Shown in pieces: positions 14,401 to 28,829 of a DNA stretch of 64,000 bases. Source of the DNA: Azolla caroliniana (taxonomy: Eukaryota > Plantae > Polypodiophyta); contig JBHGNT010000001.1 in NCBI GenBank assembly GCA_043228905.1, positions 29,140,001-29,204,000 on the forward strand, in the 5' to 3' direction. Positions within the stretch are counted from its first letter, which is position 1; the number at the start of each line of letters is the position of its first letter. The position numbers were made by a program, and so were the translations under genes. The notes under the pieces were generated by a model. The model was not told where the DNA came from. It worked only from the letters and a program-made list of their open reading frames with translations, and searched no databases.

Positions 14401-17400
14401 AGGATCAAGTCAGACAAAGAAGAGAATGACATGCTGGAAGAGAATTCAATAATCATCTGATGTCAAAAGGGTTCAAAGTTCATCAAGAGATTATCTCAGG
14501 CTGTTAGTTTTATAAATTCTCTATGTTAATGCAGTGGTAACTCCTACATTTTATTTCTTATTGTGTTCTTACACTTTTATGAGACAGCATGAACATCTCA
14601 AACCTGCCATAGTATCTATCTTTCACAAAATTTCTTCAATTAAACTTTCAGAAAATTTCCAGTTCCTCTATTTACATGACCTATGTTTCAGTTCCTTTCT
14701 CGAATCATGCTGCTATATTTCCTTGTCTCACACATGTAGGATATTTACACAAGGTAACATATCTGTTATACATGTGCAAGTCACTGAACAAAAATCAGAT
14801 GTAAAGTGCTTCTACAGCAACTATACATAATCATTCATCAAGATAAATGATTGCATCAGAACCAAGAATAAATCATTTGTTGAGACTACCCTCTTGAAAA
14901 AACCTGAATATGTGATACTTCCCATTGCTGGGGCAGGCACATTATGACAGTAAATGATGCTGTAAAATGTTGTGAGAACAAAACAAACGCATCTGTATAA
15001 CCATCTTGTGACCTTCGGAAATTAGAGTTCATGACAAATATACCTGTCCTTGTGCTCGTTGTTTCCTGAGGCCAGCTATTTCATGGGCATATGCACCGAA
15101 AAGAAAGAAATTTTCTTCTCCAACTTCTTCTCTAATTTCAACATTTGCACCATCAAGAGTTCCGACAAGAACACAACCATTCATTGCAAACTTCATGTTG
15201 CTTGTCCCACTGGCTTCCATTCCAGCAGTACTACAAATGAACATGAAAGAAGAATACGAAGTATCAAAACCATGAAATACAAAGTATCAAAACCTTGAAA
15301 TATTAATATGAGAGGTTGATATACAAACATGTCATTATTCAGATTAACTAGTACATGTTCTTATCAATAAAATTTTGTGCTGTTAATGATGCATTAATTT
15401 CAACTATTTAATGAGTTTGTTTCCTGAAGAAGTAAAAGTCTGCTAGAAATAGAGGTTGCAGGTGAGCACAAAAAATGAATCTTGGCCAGGTCTGTAGTAC
15501 ATGCACATACAACATTCCACAATACTGCTGGTTTTATTGGTCTGCTAACAAAAATATTGAATGAATACGGAGGGAAGTTGGTGCCCATTTTCTTGGAAAT
15601 GCATTCATGTTACTATTGAAGGAACAAGAAGATAATCACCTTATATGCTGGGAGAGTTCACTCGCTGGGATCAGCACTTCTGCAACGCTAACATTATAAT
15701 CTGGCACAAAAATTATCTGCATCCAGGAATATAAAAGAAAGAAATCAAAGAAATGCCGCCAAAGAAAAACAAACAGAATATCATATTATTCTAACTGCAT
15801 GTATTATACAGTTACTCCCTATGAGGTGGTTTGACAACCACCTCCACCTAAACTAAACTTTCAATGAAATTTCTACGATACACATGAACATCGTACCTTA
15901 AGCAAATCTCCAATCTCAGGGTCATTATTTACAGTAGCACCAACATCTACAATGAGCTTCACTATCCTTTTGGCTTGTACATATGTTGCAAATGCTTTCC
16001 CTCCAAAGAGACACACTCTAGGAACATACTTTGCCTTCCGTTCTTCTGGAGTCATTTCTTTCATCTTCTTATAACGATATATCAAACCCAATATGTTTAG
16101 GAACTGTCTCTTATACTCATGGATACGTTTGACCTATAGAAAACATCCACAGAAATTATAATTCCATAAAATTATTCACTGCACTATCAAGTTGCTATTC
16201 TAGAATACTCACTTGTATGTCAAAAAGAGCATCCGGACTAATAACATATCCAGTTTTCTCTTTCACATAAGATGCAAGCTTGAGCTTATTAGCTCTCTTT
16301 GCCTGGCGCCATTCCTCCTGTAGTTCTTTGTTGTCCACGAACTGCAGTCCAGGTAAACATAAAGTATTTATTTCCATAAATAATCTTCTTTATTATAATG
16401 CAGAATTTTTGTTTGATGTGATTTTAGGATTAAAAATCGTGTAAAGCAAAGGAGTGCTATATGTTACATCACACACAAGGATATCGGTTACTCGGTCCTC
16501 AATGGAAAATGGAATATTAGTACTGCCAAGAATTTAGTTCACTTTATCGACATGTCCTTGACCATATCCTATTAAAGTTATGGTGGAATGATTAGCATAA
16601 AAGACATCATCACCTGTCGCAAATCACCAAGTTTCTCAGTGTTGAGAACCCACTCCTCTGAACCAAGCCACTTAGTTATAACCTTACTGAGGTGAGGATT
16701 GCAAAAACTCAACCATCGCCTTGGTGTAACTCCGTTCGTTTTGTTCTGGAACTTACTTGGCCACATCTACATTCAGAAAATAGATACAGTGATCACTGGT
16801 AGGAAATCATATAAAGAGGCGTGAAAGATAAACAAGTGTTCATTCAATACACTGAAGGTGTGCATTAGCATTCACCTTGTAAAAATCAAGGAAAACTTCA
16901 TCTTTCACAATGTCACTGTGAATGGCTGCAACTCCATTTACTGTATGCCCTGTAATAACACACAAGTTAGCCATGCGAACCATCTGTGGACCCTTTGCAG
17001 GGGGTTCCTTTTCCTTTACAACATCCTCTTTAACTGCACCCTTCACAGATTCCTTCTCTGAATCTATTGCAGGTTCATCCACCTTAGCTGCATTCTCATC
17101 TTCAGATGCATTGATTGACTTGGTGAAAAGAGAAGCAACGGATGAAGGCAACTCAGCATTTTCGAGAATCCTTGTCCTATTTATTAGCAATTCAAGCTCC
17201 TCCTTATCAGTATCTTCATCAGATCCAATAAGTGATACAATGAACTGCAAATGGAAAATGAGATTGGCTGCAAACTTTAGCACATTAGTGACAGAGTTAT
17301 GACACAATAAAGATTAAGTACTTATAAAAAATTTAATCACCTGTTCATCAATCCTTTCGATTATTTCAACATGCCTTGGCAAAAGCTTTTTCATGATCTC

Positions 17401-20400
17401 ATAAGGCCACTTCTCCAAGGCTTCCGGTAACACTGTGTGGTTTGTATAGGCCACAGTTCTGGCAAATTCAAGGACATGCAAAAGAACATGCGCTCAAGTT
17501 TGACATGGACAAAACCACATCTTCACAATAATTAAAAATATCCGCACAGATCAAAATTAAAGCATTGTTACAGAATATGTGTTATAAGTTCAGGTCGACA
17601 ACCTAATGTAGTAAAGCACCTCTGAGAGATCTCTAAAGTCAGTTCTTCACTACTAGCCAAGGAGTTATCTTCAAATATACCCACTTAGGAGCACATGACC
17701 TTGAGCTCCCATTATACTATTACTATGTTTGAATTACACTTCAGCTCTCTGAGAAAAATATAATATTTTTGTCTTCTCTATTTTTTTTCTATGTTTATTA
17801 ACTTTAACTGTCTGTGAGTTCTCTATTTTCCACACCTTAATTAAAAAGATTTCTAGTAATTCCTAGATATGATGTATAAAACTTATGGCTTGAAAAGTGT
17901 CCCTGTGACTATTTCGGATGCTGTCAACTCAGCTCAACTATTTCATATAATACTCATGTTTGTGAGAGTGAATTCAAGAAGAAAAGAATGTGCAAGTCTA
18001 ACTGTCCTTGAACAGCCCTAAAAACGAGCGCACGGTGGCCAAAGAACACATTTGACAACATAGATTCTGCTGGAACAGCAGTTTGACGTGAAAATGCCTA
18101 CAAAAGAGCTACCCCTCTAATCCTTCAACTTTTTGATCTGTTAACACAATACATTTATATTAATCAAATAAGCAAACATTGAGCAATTTAGTTGACATGA
18201 AAACATCTATTAATCAATTATAAACATGAACACAATACAATTTAGATGACACGCTGAAAGCTTAAGGTGCAATTTCTTACTTTTGAGTGATTCCCCACGC
18301 TTGGTCCCATGATAACCCTTCAATATCTATAAGAATCCTCATTAGTTCAGGCACCGACAGAGTTGGATGTGTATCATTCATTTGCAGTGCCACCTTATTT
18401 GGAAAATCTAACCAATTGACTCCCCCTGTCGACCTCCTTTTGAAGTGCGAAATAATATCTTGAAGTGAAGCTGAACATAATGTATATTGTTGCTTTAGAC
18501 GTAAAACCTTTCCCTCAATAGTGTCATCTCCAGGATAAAGGACATAACAAATCTGATGACAAAAATACAATGTCATACAAATACTATACAGATTATGACA
18601 ACTATAACCAATCCATGGGCAAACTTATGCGAACCATTCTCCTGTACCTTTGCAGCATTTGCATGAGCTTTGTCTGCCTCATCATGCTTTCCAGCATTGA
18701 AGGCAGCAAGGTTGAATTTCTCTGGAGGGACTACAGTAGACCATAGTCGCAAATTGATTGTGTTCTGTGTCTTATATCCAGGAATTGGTACATCATACGC
18801 AATAGCAAGAATATCTTCACCATTTACCCATTGCTTATTTCCATCAGAATCTTCAACAATCTCCCCAAAAAATTTAACAGGGTAAGATATGTCGCTTCTA
18901 GGAATCTCCCAAGGGTTTCCAAGCTGGAAACAATGTGTAAAAATTGAGAGTATGCATTAATGTATCACTATTGGAGAATTGATGTTCACATCAGTTTAGA
19001 GAGTCACAAACTTACCTCTAGCCAGCTTTCAGGTACTTCCTCTTGACCGTCTGCTGTTATATTCTGATGAAATAGCCCATATTTATATCTCAGCCCATAG
19101 CCCCATGCGGGGTAATTCAAAGTGGCCAATGAATCCAAAAAGCAAGATGCGAGGCGTCCTAACCCTCCATTTCCTAATGCAGCATCAGGTTCCTACAGTG
19201 TATGATCCATATCAATATCAATAATTAGGTTCATAAAGAAAACTTCTCAGAATGAATTCTATAAGAAGTGAAGGTCAACTAACTTGTTCAGAAACACTCT
19301 CCAGGTCATGCCCAAGTTTGATCAATGCATCTGCATAGGCATCTTTCAACTCAAGATTTCCAACAGCATTGAGGAGTGCCCTTCCCTAAAATATTCCAAA
19401 AGAACAACTGAGGAATCCTTACTCTACTGCCATCTTCCAACGAGAGATGAACATAGCCGATTAACTAAATAAAAAAATACACTAGACATATGAGCTGAGC
19501 AAGAACAATCCAAGACTGTCAAAAGAGGTCTAATGGACACATGTTGACCTCTGTAATATTTTTGCAAACCTTTTCATGTTCTAGGGTTTCGTGATGCCTG
19601 TTGGACTTTGACAGAACTATATGTCATCCATATGGTTCATCCAAGCACTCAATTTCACTTATGGTACAAAGAGACAAGAAAAGCGGGAACTCCATTGACA
19701 GAACATAAAATTCCCATGTATGTGTTGAGTTTCAGAACCAGACAATCTACATTATCATCAATAGATTCACATTAATCCTTTCAGATGAGAAACTCAGAAA
19801 GTTATATGTCATCCGTAAGGTTCATTCCAGAGATCAGATCCACTGAAAGTACAAGGAAACTAAGAAAAACGATAACTTCATGGACAGAACATAGAAATCC
19901 CACTTATGTGTGATGGGAGAACGTGAGTATTTCAGAGCCAGACAATGTACATTATCACCAATAACTTCACATGGAATCATACACGTGAACAACCACAGTG
20001 GTGAATGAAATATGTAGAATATATGTAGAAAGGGAGGAGGAAAAGAGAACAGAAAGAATGATCAAACCTGGAGAAATTCCATGGATAAATAGTAAGCTTG
20101 CTTAGGATTTTCATTCTGGAAGAGTTCGTATGTCTTATTCCATCTCTCGATTAGAATATCTCTAACACTTTGTGCCGTGGCCAAATATGCAGCCTTTACT
20201 TCAAATGTGAGAGGGGAAAAAGAAGGAGTGTACTCGGCATGGTAAGTGATATTAGAAGCAATGGAAGCTTCGTCAGTGAAAGCATTGCCTGTATTTTGCA
20301 CATGAAACAGCCAATTATCTAAAGCGAGAATTTTTGTTGCAACCAAACCCTAATATGAGATAGCACATTTATCAACAGAAAACATTTCACACAGAAACTC

Positions 20401-21615
20401 CAACATGAGACTGTAGATGGATCCATAGCAAGCGTTTAGTATAAATATCCTAATATGAGGTAGTAGATAGTTCAAAACAAGAATTTTATTGCACAGAGTT
20501 CCTAGCATAAGTCCATAGATGGTTCCACGTCAATAATTTGCAGGAAGAACAGAAAATGAGGATGATGATTCAGAAAGAAAACCATGATGAGTCACAAGGT
20601 GCTTGAGTAGATGGTGGTGATGATTGTTCAAAAGATATTTCACAAGGTCTTTAACAGATGATGACGATTCAGAAGGTGTTTGATGATTACAAGGCCTTGA
20701 AACAGACAACGGTGATTATTCAGAAGGCATTTTCATAACAGATCTCGACGATGACTTACAAGGTGTTAAAACAAACAGACACCGATGATTATTCCGAAGG
20801 TGGTAAAACAGGCAATGATGAAAATGATTAATGGTTCAGAATTTAAACAGATGAAGATGATGCAGAAATAGTTTGAAAGGATGAAGATGATTCAGAAGGA
20901 CTTTGAACGGATAAATATGATACCGAAGGGGTCTGAACGGATGAAGATGATGCAGAAGGAGTTTGAACAGATGACGATAATGCAGAGGGTGCTTCATACA
21001 TATGTTGATCCTAATCTCGAAGGAATTGAAACATTGATGATGATCCAGAGTATGTTTAAACAGATGATGATCCAGAGTATGTTTAAACAGATGATGATTC
21101 AGAAGGTGTTCAAGTAGATATAGGTGATTCAGAATGTTTTTGAACAGACGACGACGATTTTAAGTCTGATTGCATTGGAACAAACAGATCATGATTTTAT
21201 GGGAATGTGCGTAAGCAGATATGATGATAAGGTTGGTGATGATCTTTGATCTAACAGATTACAATTGATTAGAAGATGAGGACCACTGGAGTTTGGTGAT
21301 TTGAGATCGGTGATTGGTGACAACAGAATTAAATTATGAGAAGATCGATGCGTTTGGTTTACCGTTTTGCTTCGTCTCCTTGACCTTAGGTTGGCTGGCG
21401 ATGGCACGAGCAACAGGCAGGTGCGGGGAACGAGGAGAGGATCTAAGAAGGGATGGGATGTTTGTGCTGGGGGAGCGTGAGATAGGGAATGAAGAGGGGC
21501 CAAGGAGGAAGACAGAGCAGAAATGTACACAGGACGAAGCATCCTGCAGATGGCGAGGGAGGAGAGAAGCTGAAGAGGAAGAGGAGGAGTGCAAAGAAGT
21601 AGAAGATGCCGCCAT
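11472..21615 (-). CDS. PHS1: Plastidial alpha-1,4-glucan (starch) phosphorylase, L-type, 15 exons, 962 aa
   Basis: Exons 21615-21363, 20288-20068, 19385-19284, 19192-19016, 18923-18648, 18552-18281, 17458-17341, 17244-16876, 16766-16614, 16341-16213, 16133-15897, 15716-15640, 15230-15044, 12273-12073, 11588-11472; all GT-AG, phases consistent. Motifs [60 protein letters not shown]-binding [17 protein letters not shown]. Ser-rich transit peptide and an acidic central insertion mark the plastidial form. Confidence 0.97.
12409..13673. repeat. Near-identical 4-copy tandem array in PHS1 intron 13 (periods 343, 295, 295 bp)
   Basis: ATACATTGAAGTATACATGG starts at 12411, 12754, 13049 and 13344. Copies 1 and 4 contain a 48-bp segment (TCTGGATCC...CATCCCA) missing from copies 2 and 3. 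Confidence 0.95.
19611..19972. repeat. Old diverged tandem duplication (about 185-200 bp period) in PHS1 intron 2
   Basis: TATATGTCATCC..GGTTCAT, GACAGAACATA and TTCAGA.CCAGACAAT.TACATTATCA each occur twice in the same order. Confidence 0.75.
20560..21195. repeat. Degenerate 27-30 bp minisatellite in PHS1 intron 1
   Basis: Repeated (CA)GATGA(T/A/C)GATTCAGAAGG..TTTGAA-like units, with an exact 27-bp duplication near 21036-21089; produces the spurious ORF 20881-21117. Confidence 0.85.
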
Positions 21616-22212
21616 AGCTCGGCGACGAATCAGAAAGAGAAGAGATGAGTATGTATCGGCTAGAGAGATTAATTCTCTCGCTCAAATTCCCACTCACTCA
21701 ATCTCTGTCACACACACACACACTATCTCTCTGTATGACTGACTGTGTGTGAAGGGGGGGGGGGGGGGGTGTCCACTGTCTTACTCGGCTATGGCGAGAG
21801 CCAAGGAGAGAGAGGGGAGAGAGAGGGGGCTTGCTTTCTTTTACATATTTATGTACATATTTCTGCAGGAAAGAGAAGAGAAGAGATGGGTGTGTGTGTG
21901 TGTGTCCATGATTACGTTTTCACAAAATACAAATTAATAAATATATACATATACATATTGATATAACTTATAATTAAGTAAATAAATAAGTAGCGAAAAT
22001 GAAGCTGTTTTACTAATAACGAACAATAAATAATAATATCTCCAGATTTTGGATGCTCTCCATCCGTCCATTCCCCCCCCCATCACTCTCTCTCTCTTTC
22101 CCCCTCTCTCTTCTTCTTTTCCTATTCTGTTTTTTCCTTTTACTCTCTTCCTCTTGTGTGTGAGTCTAATCGAATCAATTTCGTGTTTCTTTGCCTCCTT
22201 CCATTATTGATA

Positions 22213-22250
22213 TTTTGGCCTTAGAAGACGTTAATCTTTCTTTCTTTCTC
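22213..22250 (+). mobile_element. 3'-terminal fragment of the RTE-X-like LINE family (or a SINE sharing its tail)
   Basis: TTTTGGCCTTAGAAGACGTTAATCTTTCTTTCTTTCTC resembles the reverse complement of the LINE end at 58806-58865 (TTTTGGCCTCTTAAAAGACGTTAATATATC(TTTC)n). Confidence 0.55.
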
Positions 22251-22699
22251 ACATGACACCCACATGTATGCATATACATATATATATGTATATATACACG
22301 TACGCATGCATGCATGTATCCGTATATATGTATGACTCGCATTCACATCCCCATTCCTCTCCACTCCATCCATCGGGTCAGCTTGCTTCCGTGAAGCTTT
22401 CCGTTCTCCCTCACCCTCAAATCCGATTAGCCTTTTGGTACTCATAAGGCATGGAACCATAGGTTGTGAAGCTTTCTTTACCCTGTGAACTTGTGAACTG
22501 ACACATAAATATCACTAAACCATATATACATAACATAAATCACTTCCATCAACCTCAATGATTGACAATGCACTTCCAACTTTCTCCCAAATCATTAGAC
22601 TATTAAAGCGAGGCTGTGGAAAAGCAAGGGCCTACTTCCATATAATTAATCTCAAAAAACAACCAAGATTTCGAAGAATGGTCATTTTATTTTATACGC

Positions 22700-24650
22700 A
22701 TGGTCATAATCCATGATATATCACGCATTTACCACCCAAGGATATGATGGGATGCTTTATGGCATTTCCTATAGGGTGTTTTAATGACATAAGGGCATCT
22801 CCTTTACGTCTATAGAATATGTCATGATGCCTTTGAATCACAAATATCTCTAGTTAAGGCCTTGTCAAAGTACGAGAAGGTTTTTTTCATAGGTTCAGAA
22901 TCGTCGTATTCTCCACAATTGTCTCGCATGGTTTCAAATTGGGAAAATGTTATCTTTGCTATTAGTCTTTATTGTATGAGCTATTTTTGTGCTTCAAACT
23001 AATTCTCAAATGCCATAATTTTGGGTGTCGTCAACCAAACAAATTTGACACTACTACATTGTCTTCAATAAGCCAAATAGTGATTTCATATTTCCCATTC
23101 AATTGCTTAAACCATCCAGTGTTTGTTTCAAACCACACATCAATTCTAAAATCGACTAAATGAATGGTGCATTACAATGGAGAGTAAGATTGAGTATTAA
23201 TTCATCGTGCCTAACTCGATGTGGCACACATAAACTGTCACTAAATGTTATATGTGACCTAGGTATGGCATTTGGGTGGTCTACGCAATATGTTATCATT
23301 ACATTAGTTGTTTTGATGGTAAGGAAATTATATGTCTTGTACCCCAAATTCTTCATTGTATCTCACTAGCTCTATTCAAGCATTTGAATAAAAATAACAC
23401 TAGTCGTGAGTGCTTCATCCTCAATGTTTTTGTTTGGAGCACAACAATGCATCATTTTTCCCACTTGATTCCCTTAATTGCTCATTCATTATCCACTTAT
23501 TTCTTCCTCACTTCTATTCTCTCTTGATTATATACATTGCTCAAAACAATGGTGCATGATTGAAGGACGACGATTGGAGAATACAAAGCCCAAGACACGT
23601 GAACTAGCTTTGCGTGGTTAGGTGTGTCAACCCTAATGCCTCAATTGTGTCTCACATAGCATCAAATTAAGGGTTAAGTGTTTACTTATGCACTCATATG
23701 TACATTACTGCCCTCCAAGAAAAAATAATGTTGGTGTATTGTCAAGAGAGGATGTAGATTGTGTATAGATCGTTGAATTAATTTACAAAAAATATACATC
23801 ACATTTCACACCACGTAACCATAGACTACATATGTACAAATGTTTAGATATCCATGCATAAGATGAACTATACCCTCATGAAGCATTTTTCTCTGATCGA
23901 GGAGCATAAGATTGACCCACATTTATGGTTGGCATTAGATTTGTTTTGGTGGTGTTGTTGTTCTCGCAGAACCAGCCATCAACTCTTGTATTGCTAATGA
24001 TTTTATAATACCAAGGTGTATCTTTTGTTTGAAAAAAAGAAAAAGAAAAGAAGATTGACCCACATTTAGTTAGTAGCATGTTATTAAACATAGTAAGAAG
24101 CACATGGGTGGCATATCATGTTTTCTAATGCAATTATCACTCAACATCATCGGTAGATAATAAAATAATGCATTGCTAGTCCAATAAACAATATTAAATA
24201 CAAAAGAGAACACCATGAATTTTAAACATATGCTTCTCCAATGGAGATGCCGACGAGCCTTCTTAGTTGACTCATCCTCGTAGTATAAAACTTATTGCTC
24301 TCATAATTGCCATTAAGAAAGATCTTGTACTCATTGTCCTTTCTTACCTTTAATGGTTGTTGCAGCATCGTAATTGCCACTGTTAATCATAAGATTTTAT
24401 GATCCTTTTAACCTAATTAAATTGGTTACATGTAGCAATGCGTTCAAATGCCTTATTCTAAGTAACTAAATGTCCATCCTTATAAAGTCCAATTAGCGCA
24501 TGTTTTAGTTGGAAATGATTGACCATCTATTGGTGACCTTTGTGGATTAGTGACCATTATTGGAAACACCCCCATTGTTCAGTGTTCAATTATCGATTGG
24601 ATGGCAATAGAAATTGAGGACCATGACAACGTGGAGTGCTAAGCTCAATC
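22700..24650 (-). mobile_element. Highly degraded LTR-retrotransposon-like remnant
   Basis: Only weak eroded motifs: SHITFSDSLCVP..HDELIL and an integrase-like HGPQF near 24610-24625. No intact ORF or LTRs found. Confidence 0.25.
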
Positions 24651-25457
24651 CAAAAGAAAAATATAGAATGAGTAAGCTCAACGAGTCAACTCCTCGTAAG
24701 TTGCAAATTAGGTGAAACACAAGAAGCTCAATCTCAGATTAATGTGACTTGAAGTTCCAAGTAAAACTACATAAACCATCAACTCACAAAAAGACATGTG
24801 ACAACAATTCAAAATTAAGTTAAAGAAAAAGAACATGCAAGAAAAGGAGAAGAATCATCAATGAGTTTGTATAAGACTACATGTCATAATGATGGTGGTG
24901 AGCTAAGCAAGCTTTAGCATGAGTTCCATTATTTAGCTTGATGCAATAGAGCATGACTAAAAAATGGTTGCAGAATACTCAAAACTCAAAATTCTATGGA
25001 ATCCATTCGGTGCTAACAAGCAACGAAGAAGGGAGAAAGATGTATTTGACACCCATAGCTCAATACAATAATCCCCTCTTATTTCATAAACACCCACAAG
25101 GTCAAGTTTTTGGTGAGAGGGTCCTCTCATGCATAGGGTTTCCATGGGGGGGGAGCCCATCGTCCAGAGTGGTGTTCAATACCACAATGCTCACAAATCA
25201 AGTTATGGGGATATTTTGATCCCTATAATCATAAGCTTTATATTATATATTCTTATAAGACCTCACACGGTTTACATTTATGTATCTACACACACATACA
25301 CCCTAAACTGACGTGTCTAACTACTACCAAATATTAAAGAGGGCAAGTGAGGGAATCACAGGCACGGATGATGCAGGTCGCTCAGTTGAGGGTGTGTGAG
25401 ATCTGTGTCGTCCGATGTGGATAAAAAAAAGCATGCACTCAAAATTTTACTTTATGG

Positions 25458-25622
25458 GGAGCCCGAGGAGCCCAAGTCACTTGAAGCAGGAGGCCAAGGA
25501 ACCCAACACACCTGAAGCAAGAGCCCGAGGAGCCCGACTCACCTGAAGTAGGAGCCCGAGGAGCCCAACTCATCTAAAGCAAGAGCTTGAGGAGCCCAAC
25601 TCACTTGAAGCAGGAGCCCGAC
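25458..25622. repeat. Subterminal tandem repeat, about 32 bp x 5 (GAGCCCGAGGAGCCCAACTCACCTGAAGCAG-like)
   Basis: Directly visible units just inside the left TIR. Confidence 0.9.
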
Positions 25623-26334
25623 TCGAACCCATATTTTTATTTTTGTGGTGAGCGAGGGCAGGGAATAAAGAAGACGATTGCATAAATGGAAACCCTAGCA
25701 AACGGTTTAGGTTTCTAGTGTTTACGTTGCTGCTAATGATTCCCTCCGTTGGGTATTTCTCTAATAGGACTATTTCTTCTGATAACATTGTCAACAATGT
25801 TGATGGAAACAACACATAAGAAGGAACCTCATGTCTCAAATTTTGGGACGGGCCAAAAGGTTTGGGTACAGTTGAACAATTATGCTCATGCCAAAAGGTT
25901 AGAACTCCCATTGTGCTAGGTGTTACAACTTTTTGCTTTGATCTAATATAACTATTAATAATCACTCTTGTGATTTGTATATTCTATTAAGATGTTGTAT
26001 GCCATCACCAATACTGTGCAATGTACTTGCATGTAATCCAAGTTTCTTCTCCCATGTAATGATTTCAATAGTTTATTGACTTGCTCATCTCTCTAACTAA
26101 AGCATGTGAATAAAGTTAAGTTTCTACTTTTTCTGATGGCATGGCACATGGTTAGTTTTAGATGATAACCTAATCAATCTGAGCAAGATTTGGCATGTTT
26201 GGACGAGTTCCACCCTCCAAATGAATTTGTTACCTGACATGAATGATGAAGAGTGGAATCGTTTTTTGTGTTGTTTCAATGGCTATTTGGATGAAGTATT
26301 GGCAACTAGACGTCCCCAAAATCTGAAATTTGAG

Positions 26335-26510
26335 CTTGTTAACATGTATTCTCAGTATCATGATGCCTACGCTACAAGGATAATGTTTAATAAGTTGCAA
26401 AAACAAAATATTGTTGCATGTAGTGCATTTGTTTCCCAATATACACTATAACCGTGGATGTGAAGCCATACAAATCTATACATATATGCATCATGCTGGA
26501 TACAACCTTA
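26335..26510 (+). pseudogene. Captured PLS-class PPR gene fragment
   Basis: LVNMYSQYHDAYATRIMFNKLQKQNIVACSAFVSQY, then after one frameshift NRGCEAIQIYTYMHHAGY, resembling the PPR S-P consensus LVNMYAKCG..DARKVFDKM..RNVVSWNAMI..Y...G...EAL.LF..M...G. Confidence 0.6.
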
Positions 26511-28829
26511 TTTAGTCATACTTGAACCATAAATATTTTCTTCTAATGAAGTATTTTTTGAAATTCTAATGATTTGAGTTATAATTTGGATGAAGATTGA
26601 TGCTAATTTGTCCTAATTTCTGTAGAATGGCAAATCTGGCTTGCAGACAACATTTTAGATCATTGTTGCTTAGTCGTGATGACATTCGAATGTTTCAATA
26701 CAGAACTTCATCACATTTAATGGAAGTATCCCTTAACAACTCCATTTAGAAGAATCTCATTAGGTTTGAAGAAAACTGAGAAGACTTGACATGGATTTGT
26801 GTTTGTGCAAAGGCATCGTAGACGAATATGACTCCTTAGAGTTCTCAAAATTCTCACTGTATGTAGTTGAAATCAGAGATTGCATATATGATCTGGTGAC
26901 TATACTTGTACAAATCTTGTTTAATCTTGATCGATTTTGCTAGATCCTCTAGTTTTGGTCTCCAATCTTATTTGGCCTTCATTTTGATTTCTTCTGTTTT
27001 GTGTACTCACACAAATCACAATACAACAAACTATTTTCCTTCAATTTGTTGTTTTGTATTCTGATCTAATTATATCGTTCAGTTTCTTCCATGGTTTAGA
27101 TCATTTATTTTTCTGATATTTTTTCTTAAAATTTCTATTGAGTATAGGATTTAGTGAGAAGAAGGTTATGAAAGGGAAAATTTTGAGCAAGATACCTTGA
27201 AATCATCACTGTTCTATTTGGCATAAGTAGATTTCCATTGGTCTTCGGTAGAAAATGTCATATTAGTAACTCACTCATTGTTTAATTAATGGTAAATTAT
27301 AGTAGCCATGCCTTAGTTGCATGTATTTGTATATCCTTATGGATTATCTCCTACCTTTGAAATTGATCAACACACATAAGTAACAATGGTACTCTACCAA
27401 TTTCAAATGTTATGATCCACTCATTGTGTGTTAAGATGAACTGTTGTTGGAAGTCTAAGTCCTTCCCATTATTGGTACTCGTGGTCATACTATTCTACTT
27501 ATTTCTTTAACTTATATTCATTAATTGAGTAGTGTTAGGACAACTACATACAAGTGTAGTCCCTACTGATTGGTGAAGTTGGCAAAAGGAAGACATACAT
27601 TCTTGTCCATTTGATAGTGAATAATCACGCATTTGCAATCATAAGGAGTGTGCAAATCACAGGGATGCATGGGGGCCATGTGATGACAACATTGTTAATT
27701 CTTTTGCTATAGGAACATGTCAAGGAGACCATTCTTTGACTTGTATTTCCACAAATTAGCCAGTATTTGCTTCCAATATTGTTTTGAGCCACAAAATCAC
27801 TTTCCAAACAAAGTTATGGATATGTGTATTCAAGCTATTTCGAACTAGACAAACATTAAATAAATAACTCTTTTGACTTTACATAAAGACCTTTTTGGTT
27901 GTATCATGTTGCCAAAATAATTCAAGGGCATTCCACCTAAAATTCTCGTGTGCATTCTTGGCTAAGAAATCAATGACTGAAATTTTGATTCACTATTGTA
28001 GCAATCCATGCATAGGCCACCTTAAAATTTTCCTATACATCAACTTTTCATCTTTTCAAGTTTTGAACTTGCTTGATCTTTGGCATGCATGCTGCTTATT
28101 AGAGGATATATAAGATGCAGAACAATCTTATTTGGAATGTCATTGTGAATTATGAAAGGAAGCATCTCAAGATATAGAAAAACGAATGTTTAATCTGACA
28201 ACTAAAGCAAAAAGTTCAATTGCATCAATCAGAGTTTGCAAATGTTTAGTTAGTTATATACCATGGCACAAAGGTACGGTCAACAACATATGGTTATTAG
28301 TTAAGTGTTTGATGATGACAATTTTACACCTTGCAAGTACAAAGCAAGTAAAGGATGAGAAATAATTGCATGCAATAGGGTGTTTAGAGGACAACCTTTT
28401 GCTAATTATTTCTCCAAAAGACCAATTCTAAATACAAGGAAGATTTGCCACCTTAGTGTAAATGTAACCATTCTATGGGATGCACACAATGATATAAAGA
28501 TATACCTTTTAGACTATTAGGGCACCTCATCTACAATAGGCTTCAATTCTCTATGTCGTTCATCAACAGGGTCAAATCCATCCATGTGTAGTTCCTTATA
28601 TATCATGCAAACACAATATAGTTGATGTGAATAGATGAAGAAAAACTTCCATTAAATTTGTACGGGAAACTTTAGTAATTTGTAAGCATAGTATCAAGCC
28701 TTCTCTAAGAGTTAAGAGTGGCAAGTGAATACCATGAGGTGTAACTTGTGCGCCTGCAACTACAAACTTGTGATGTAAAAAATGAACACATTTAATAATT
28801 AAGGTGTTGAATTCAATACCACTATTAGA

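Noticed and set aside
25458-25622. 32-bp repeats as a CRISPR array
   Set aside because: Head-to-tail with no spacers and no cas genes; they are transposon subterminal repeats.
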